This document shows, piece by piece, positions 58,307-64,000 of a DNA stretch of 64,000 bases. Origin of the DNA: an uncultured Gammaproteobacteria bacterium (GTDB lineage Bacteria; Patescibacteriota; Microgenomatia; UBA12405); assembly GCA_964628885.1 (NCBI GenBank), contig CAZVMP010000002.1:10330-74329 (forward strand). The letters run 5' to 3'. The translations under genes and the position numbers were made by a program. The stretch's first letter is position 1; each line of letters begins with the position of its first letter. The notes beneath the pieces were generated by a model, which had not been told where the DNA came from, did no database searches, and saw only the letters and a list, made by a program, of their open reading frames with translations.

Positions 58307-58854
58307 TGCCGAATTTTGTCAACACCAATATTGACGGCCTAATCATTATTGAACCCTCAGTTTTCAAAGATGATAGGGGATTTTTTTTGGAAAGCTATAA
58401 TCAAAAAGTTTTTGCTGATAACGGCATTGATGTTAATTTTGTTCAGGACAATCACTCCAGCTCAACACAAGGAGTACTTCGTGGACTTCATTTTCAAAAA
58501 CCACCCTTTTCTCAGGATAAACTTATCCGCTGTTCTCGTGGTGAGGTTTTTGATGTTGCCGTTGACCTTCGACCTAACTCTGTCACTTTTGGTCAGTGGG
58601 AAAGCCTTATTTTATCCGAAGATAACCAAAAAATGTTTTTTATTCCCCAAGGCTTTGCTCATGGGTTTTTAGTTTTATCAGACATTGCTGATTTTCAGTA
58701 TAAATGTAGTAATTTTTATCACAAGGAATCGGAGTCCGGTCTTATCTGGAATGATCCTGATTTAAATATTAATTGGCCTCAAGTTAATAACTTAATTTTG
58801 TCTGACAAAGACAAGCTCTGGCCTAGTTTGAAAGATTTTAAGGAGACTTTATGA
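58306..58854 (+). CDS. rfbC: dTDP-4-dehydrorhamnose 3,5-epimerase
   Basis: EPSVFKDDRGFF, RGLHFQ and FIPQGFAHGF cupin motifs. The ATG overlaps the rfbB stop. Confidence 0.85.
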   Translation: MPNFVNTNIDGLIIIEPSVFKDDRGFFLESYNQKVFADNGIDVNFVQDNHSSSTQGVLRGLHFQKPPFSQDKLIRCSRGEVFDVAVDLRPNSVTFGQWESLILSEDNQKMFFIPQGFAHGFLVLSDIADFQYKCSNFYHKESESGLIWNDPDLNINWPQVNNLILSDKDKLWPSLKDFKETL

Positions 58855-59741
58855 CCACTATCATTGGCACCGGTCTAACCGGTCTAGTTGGTAGTCGGAT
58901 TGTTGAGTTACTGAAAGATAATTATAATTTTGTTGATTTTTCCCTTGATTCGCAAGTTAATATTCTTGATCAAGGTAGTCTTTCTCAAGCTTTTGGAGCC
59001 AATAGTAGTGCTACTACCATTATCCATTTAGCTGCTTTCACTGATACCGCTGCTGCTTGGGAACAAAGAGGCGATAAATCTGGCCTTTGCTATCAACTTA
59101 ATGTTACTGGAACTAAAAATATCCTTGATTTAGCCCAAAAACATCGTCTTAAATTAATTTATATTTCCACCGATTTTGTTTTTAGTGGCAGTAAAACTAC
59201 TCCTTATTTTGAAACTGATATGCCTGATCCTATTGAATGGTATGGTGAAACTAAATATTTAGGTGAAAAATTAATTCAAGATTCAAGTTACCCTAACTAT
59301 GCTATTGCTAGGATTACCTACCCTTATCGGGCTAATTTTGATAAAAAACCAGACATTATTCATAAAGTCTTAACCAAACTTCAAAATGGGGAGACAGTTA
59401 AGATGTTTTCTGATCAGATTTGTACTTACACTTTTATTGATAATATTGCTTATGGAATAGACAAGCTCATTAAAAGTGACTCTCGTGGTATTTATCATTT
59501 AGTAGGATCTTCTTCTCATTCTCCTTATCATATGGCCCAACTAGTTGCCAAAACCTTTGGTTATAACGAAAAATTAGTTCAAGCTTCAAGCTTAAAAGAT
59601 TATCTTAAATCACAGCCGGCCGGTTCTCGTCCTTGGCAAGAAACCTTAATTACTTCTAATCAAAAAGCCGTTAATTTAGGGATAAGTTTTAAGACCTTAA
59701 TTGAAGGTTTAGAAGAAATTAAAGTTCAGAAATCACTTTAG
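58851..59741 (+). CDS. rfbD: dTDP-4-dehydrorhamnose reductase
   Basis: RmlD-like short Rossmann (IIGTGLTGLVGSRI), YISTDFVF, and the YGETKYLGE catalytic YxxxK. 4-nt overlap with rfbC. Confidence 0.7.
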   Translation: MTTIIGTGLTGLVGSRIVELLKDNYNFVDFSLDSQVNILDQGSLSQAFGANSSATTIIHLAAFTDTAAAWEQRGDKSGLCYQLNVTGTKNILDLAQKHRLKLIYISTDFVFSGSKTTPYFETDMPDPIEWYGETKYLGEKLIQDSSYPNYAIARITYPYRANFDKKPDIIHKVLTKLQNGETVKMFSDQICTYTFIDNIAYGIDKLIKSDSRGIYHLVGSSSHSPYHMAQLVAKTFGYNEKLVQASSLKDYLKSQPAGSRPWQETLITSNQKAVNLGISFKTLIEGLEEIKVQKSL

Positions 59742-60936
59742 CCATTTTTCTTGCTTCCTTGATGGCAAAATTTAAACCTCTGTCTTCAGGGTAGATTTGG
59801 GCAAAATTCATTTGGTAAATTTTATTAGACAGTTTGACCTTAGGAATTTTACTTTTGTAATCAGTAGTTACTATTTGCTGAGCCTCTTTAAATCTAAACA
59901 CCGACACCTTATTAACCATTTTGCTATCAAATTTAGGAAATATTTTATTAAGGTATTTAAACCAATCATCAGTTATTTTTTTATCGCTCCATTTAAAAAA
60001 TTTATGATTTCTAGGCAGATAAGCTCCTAGATAGTAAATTTCCTTATTTCCGTAATTTTTTTTATCAATTAAATTAGTCTGTTGTACCACCGCTACAAAA
60101 GGGGAATTAGTGTCATTAATGTTATGCCAGTAATAAGGGCTTAAGTTTTGTTTGCTTTCAAAAACTACCCCAATTACCCCTAAATATTCTACTTTTTTTG
60201 ATGGCCTAGTATCCACGATAATCTCATAATTCTTTTCCAATTCTGTTAACTTTTCTAAGTTGGTGTTTAGTTTAATTTCCCCTCCGTTTTCTTTGATTAA
60301 TTTAGCCAGTTTTTCTACTATTAGTTCAAAGCCTCCGTTAATATAACCTAAAACCTCTTCACCTTTTTTGTTAGTTGAGTTGCCCCTAGTATGAATTCTG
60401 GCCCACAACCAAGCCATGGAAATATCTTTGTAATAATTATGAAACTTACCTTTTAGTAATGGTTTCCAAACCACCTCATAAGCCTTTTTTCCCACCGCCT
60501 TCTTCATCCATTGATCAGCTGTAATTTTTTCATATTTTTCCCAATTTTTATCAAACTTTAGCCATAGTGCCACCATTCCCATTCTTAATTTACTTACCAA
60601 GCTTAAGGGTTTAAATTTTAATAAATCTATTGCTGTTACAAATGGATATATTTCTCCGTCCCAATATAATCCTAGTAAGCTTTTATACCAACCAATATTT
60701 TCTTTTAAACCAATTTCTTTCACTAGTTTTATAAAATCGGTATCAGTTTTAAAAAAATGGTGATATAGCTGTTCTAGTTTATTTTCTCCTATTTTAAATC
60801 CAGCCAACAAGCCTCCCAGTTGTTTCTCTTTTTCTAATATAGTTATCTTATTACCCTTTTTTGATAAAAAATATCCCAATGTCAATCCGCCAATACCACC
60901 TCCGACAATTACAATATTTTTCCCTTTTCTATTCAT
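59719..60936 (-). CDS. FAD/NAD(P)-binding oxidoreductase (amine-oxidase / PPOX / CrtI-like fold)
   Basis: The N-terminal dinucleotide-binding motif reads NIVIVGGGIGGLTLGYFLSKKGNKITILEKEKQLGG. The C-terminal FAD-contact region is GLNFAIKEARKMAK. It is convergent with rfbD, overlapping by 23 nt. Confidence 0.55.
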   Translation of the reverse strand: MNRKGKNIVIVGGGIGGLTLGYFLSKKGNKITILEKEKQLGGLLAGFKIGENKLEQLYHHFFKTDTDFIKLVKEIGLKENIGWYKSLLGLYWDGEIYPFVTAIDLLKFKPLSLVSKLRMGMVALWLKFDKNWEKYEKITADQWMKKAVGKKAYEVVWKPLLKGKFHNYYKDISMAWLWARIHTRGNSTNKKGEEVLGYINGGFELIVEKLAKLIKENGGEIKLNTNLEKLTELEKNYEIIVDTRPSKKVEYLGVIGVVFESKQNLSPYYWHNINDTNSPFVAVVQQTNLIDKKNYGNKEIYYLGAYLPRNHKFFKWSDKKITDDWFKYLNKIFPKFDSKMVNKVSVFRFKEAQQIVTTDYKSKIPKVKLSNKIYQMNFAQIYPEDRGLNFAIKEARKMAKVISEL

Positions 60937-61024
60937 TTACTCTTATGGTATCATAGAAACAGTCGCTGTTACCGTGACTTTGATGGTAGCAGTTTTTATT
61001 ATTTATCTAGATTTAAAACTATTT

Positions 61025-63136
61025 ATGGCCGAACAAATTAAATTAACCAAAAACCGTGACGTGCCTATGGAGAAAGTCCGTAATATTGGTATTATTGCTC
61101 ACATTGATGGCGGTAAAACCACTACTACCGAGCGTCTCTTATTTTATACTGGCAATATTCACAAAATTGGTTCAGTTGATGACGGTACCACTACCACTGA
61201 TTCCATGGTTCAAGAAAGAGAGAGAGGAATTACTATTCAGTCTGCTTGTGTTACTACTTTTTGGAAAGATTTTCGTCTCAACGTTATTGACACTCCTGGT
61301 CACGTTGATTTTACCGCTGAAGTCGAACGGTCACTTCGTGTTCTCGATGGGGCAATCATGATTTTTGATGGTAATGCTGGAGTTCAGGCTCAATCTGAAA
61401 CTGTTTGGCGCCAAGCTGATAAATATCACGTTCCTCGAATTGCTTTCGTTAATAAAATGGATAAAATTGGTGCTTCTTTTGAAAATACTCTTAAAAGTAT
61501 TCAAGACAAACTCCGTGCTCCTATTGTTCCTGTGGTTATTCCTATTGGTCAAGAACACGACTTTACTGGTGTTATTGATCTCATGACTCAAAAAATGATT
61601 GTTTATGACAAAGATGAACAAGGAATGGAATTTACCACTAAAGATGTTACCGATGATTATCGGGAAGCAGTTACTCTTGCCAGAGCTAAGATGGTAGAGC
61701 AAATTGCCGGTGAAGATGAGTCTCTTATGGAAAAATTTCTCAATGACCAAGAAATTTCTGTCCCAGAATTAAAAGCTGCTCTTAGAAAAGCCACTATTGA
61801 TCGCCGTCTTTTTCCAGTTTATTGTGGTGCTGCCTGGCGCAATAAAGGTATTCATCCTATTCTTGATGGGATTGTTGATTATTTACCCTCTCCTTTAGAT
61901 CTTCCTCCGATTGAGGGTTTTAATCCAGAAAATAACGAAGTTATTCTTCGTCGCCCACTTAAAACTGATCCTCTCTCAGCCTTACTTTTTAAAGTTCAAG
62001 CCGATCCTCACATAGGAACCTTATCCTATGTTAGAGTTTATTCTGGAAATCTTAAGGCTGGATCCGAAGTTTACAACACCACTAAGGGTAAAAGTGAGCG
62101 GATTGGGCGTCTTCTTTTAATGCATGCTGATAAGCGAGAAGGAATTGAGGAGGGTTTTGCTGGTGAGATTGTTGCCTGTATTGGTCTTAAAGAATCAACT
62201 ACTGGCGATACTTTATGCGACGGTAATAATGTTATTTCTTTGTCACCAATTCAGTTTTCTGAACCAGTTATCTCTCTTTCTGTTGAGCCTTTAACTACCG
62301 ATGATCAGGAAAAAATGGGTTCGGCTCTTAATCGCCTTGCCATCGAAGATCCGACCTTTAAAGTTAGTTATAATCACGAAACTGGTCAAACTATCATTGG
62401 GGGTATGGGAGAGCTTTATTTAGAAATAGTTGTTGATCGTCTTAAGCGCGAATTCGGAGTTGGGGTTAAAACCGGTTCTCCACAAGTAGCTTATCGAGAA
62501 ACTATTTCCAACAACGCAGAAGGTGAAGGTAAATATATTCATCAATCTGGTGGTCATGGTCAATATGGTCACTGTAAAATTAAAGTTGAACCAAAAAACC
62601 GTGGCGAAGGCTATGAATTTGTTAACGCTGTTAAGGGTGGAGCTATTCCTGCTAATTTTATTCCCGCTATTGAAAAGGGAGTTAAAGAAACTCTCCAAAA
62701 AGGGATTATTGCTGGTTATCCTTGCACCGATATCAAGGTTACTGTTTATGATGGCACTTATCACGAAGTTGACTCTTCTGAGATGGCTTTTAAACTAGCT
62801 GGATCCTATGCTATTAAAGATGCCTTCCAGGCTGCCAATCCTTTAGTCTTGGAACCGATTATGAAGTTTGAGGTTAACACTCCATCAGAATTTTTAGGTT
62901 CAGTTATTGGAGATTTATCTTCACGACGTGGTCAAATTAATAGTACTTCTGAATCTGGAAACTTTACTACTATTGAAGCTTCAGTTCCTTTAGAGGCAGT
63001 TCGTGGTTATGCTACTGTTATTAGAAGTTTAACCCAGGGTAGGGGATCATTTTATATGGAGCCTAGTCACTATGATCCAGTTCCTCGTGATATCCAGGAA
63101 CAGTTGACTAGCAAAATAAATCTTGGATCAAAGTAA
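61025..63136 (+). CDS. fusA: Elongation factor G
   Basis: MAEQIKLTKNRDVPMEKVRNIGIIAHIDGGKTTTTERLL with the full five-domain EF-G. The 17-codon upstream extension in the ORF track was rejected. Confidence 0.95.
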   Translation: MAEQIKLTKNRDVPMEKVRNIGIIAHIDGGKTTTTERLLFYTGNIHKIGSVDDGTTTTDSMVQERERGITIQSACVTTFWKDFRLNVIDTPGHVDFTAEVERSLRVLDGAIMIFDGNAGVQAQSETVWRQADKYHVPRIAFVNKMDKIGASFENTLKSIQDKLRAPIVPVVIPIGQEHDFTGVIDLMTQKMIVYDKDEQGMEFTTKDVTDDYREAVTLARAKMVEQIAGEDESLMEKFLNDQEISVPELKAALRKATIDRRLFPVYCGAAWRNKGIHPILDGIVDYLPSPLDLPPIEGFNPENNEVILRRPLKTDPLSALLFKVQADPHIGTLSYVRVYSGNLKAGSEVYNTTKGKSERIGRLLLMHADKREGIEEGFAGEIVACIGLKESTTGDTLCDGNNVISLSPIQFSEPVISLSVEPLTTDDQEKMGSALNRLAIEDPTFKVSYNHETGQTIIGGMGELYLEIVVDRLKREFGVGVKTGSPQVAYRETISNNAEGEGKYIHQSGGHGQYGHCKIKVEPKNRGEGYEFVNAVKGGAIPANFIPAIEKGVKETLQKGIIAGYPCTDIKVTVYDGTYHEVDSSEMAFKLAGSYAIKDAFQAANPLVLEPIMKFEVNTPSEFLGSVIGDLSSRRGQINSTSESGNFTTIEASVPLEAVRGYATVIRSLTQGRGSFYMEPSHYDPVPRDIQEQLTSKINLGSK

Positions 63137-63257
63137 AAACACAATTATTGCAAAGCTAGCAACTAGCTGATACAATTCTAAGACGTTTTATCTTAAAATA
63201 TTATTAATTAGAAATTAGTCTTAAACAAGACAATAAATAAAATAAAAAGGAGAAAAC

Positions 63258-64000
63258 ATGGCAGATACTTTTCAAAGAAATAAGCCACACGTTAACGTTG
63301 GTACTATTGGTCACGTCGATCATGGTAAAACAACCTTAACTGCCGCTATTTCCAAAATTCAAGGAAGTGCCAAAACATACGCCGATATCGCTAAGGGTGG
63401 TACTGTTCGTGATGCTTCCAAGATTGTTACTATTGCTATCTCTCATATCGAGTACGAAACCGACAAGAGACATTACGCCCACATTGATTGCCCTGGTCAC
63501 GCTGATTATGTTAAGAACATGATTACTGGTGCCGCTCAAATGGATGGTGCTATTTTAGTCGTCTCTGCACCAGATGGCCCCATGCCTCAAACCCGGGAAC
63601 ACGTCTTGTTAGCCAAACAGGTTAATGTCCCTAAATTAGTGGTCTACTTAAATAAGGTTGACTTAGTCGAAGATCCAGAATTTTTGGATTTAGTTGAGAT
63701 GGAAATTCGTGATTTACTTACTAAATACGGTTATCCTGGTGACGAAGTTCCAATTATTCGTGGTTCTGCTCTCAAGGCTCTTAATGGTGACACTGATGGA
63801 GTTGAATCTATCAAAAAATTGATGGAAGCTCTTGATACCTATATTCCTGAGCCCGTTCGTGAACTAGACAAACCATTTTTAATGGAAATTGAGGATGTCT
63901 TTTCCATTAAAGGTCGTGGTACAGTTGCTACTGGAAGAATTAACCGTGGTATTGTCAAGATTAATGACGAAGTTGAAATTGTTGGTCTTCGTGATACTCG
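63258..64000 (+). CDS. tuf: Elongation factor Tu (5' portion; continues beyond the window end)
   Basis: AGGAG lies 6 nt upstream of ATG 63258. [31 protein letters not shown]...[26 protein letters not shown]. The open frame runs to the window edge. Confidence 0.95.
   Translation, partial: MADTFQRNKPHVNVGTIGHVDHGKTTLTAAISKIQGSAKTYADIAKGGTVRDASKIVTIAISHIEYETDKRHYAHIDCPGHADYVKNMITGAAQMDGAILVVSAPDGPMPQTREHVLLAKQVNVPKLVVYLNKVDLVEDPEFLDLVEMEIRDLLTKYGYPGDEVPIIRGSALKALNGDTDGVESIKKLMEALDTYIPEPVRELDKPFLMEIEDVFSIKGRGTVATGRINRGIVKINDEVEIVGLRDT

Noticed and set aside
60974-61024. N-terminal extension of fusA from the ORF-track start (MTLMVAVFIIYLDLKLF...)
   Set aside because: The hydrophobic 17-aa extension is not part of any EF-G. 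The conserved N-terminus begins at ATG 61025 (MAEQIK...).
1-64000. Alternative genetic code (UGA=Gly, as in some CPR lineages)
   Set aside because: Long conserved genes (rpoB, rpoC, dnaK, pnp, ftsK) are intact with standard stops, and conserved termini align with canonical stops.

Overview
This is AT-rich, gene-dense, small-genome bacterial DNA in the standard genetic code. Long intact genes such as rpoB, rpoC and dnaK show no in-frame stops. The style is typical of Patescibacteria/CPR-like organisms: aaRS, IF2 and HrcA are shortened, genes are tightly packed, sortase and peptidoglycan genes are present, and small hypothetical membrane proteins are common. Most of the window is core information-processing machinery. 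This includes gatCAB, two UvrD-family helicases (one fused to a PD-(D/E)xK nuclease), dut, rmuC, the CIRCE-controlled hrcA-grpE-dnaK-dnaJ operon, nusA-infB, rpsO-pnp, a Lon-type AAA+ module without a protease domain, rnj, proS, ftsK, a RodZ-like gene, alaS, sortase, ruvX, mltG, a MiaB-like rSAM, rpoB-rpoC, rpsL-rpsG, fusA and tuf. No rRNA, tRNA, CRISPR array or transposase was seen. The most unusual content is a tightly coupled four-gene minus-strand operon at 6450-10028. It encodes a radical-SAM/SPASM enzyme, a DUF2207-like membrane protein with a Gly-rich and (Cys-Ala)n cytoplasmic tail, a TPM-domain lipoprotein and a LemA lipoprotein. It is locally GC-richer than its flanks, and I propose it as a candidate membrane-anchored protein-tail modification system. 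A second oddity is that the str operon (rpsL-rpsG | fusA-tuf) is interrupted by about 6.4 kb. The insert carries a PilM-like/LytR_C membrane protein, an HD-domain protein, rfbBCD and a convergent FAD oxidoreductase. Other points of interest are a PilM-like-N-terminus membrane protein paired with a sortase, a secreted protein with an LPAAG sorting signal, a membrane protein with a VWC-like Cys-rich ectodomain, a compositionally atypical gene bracketed by two terminators between dnaJ and nusA, and a catalytically degenerate NrnA/DHH-like protein.
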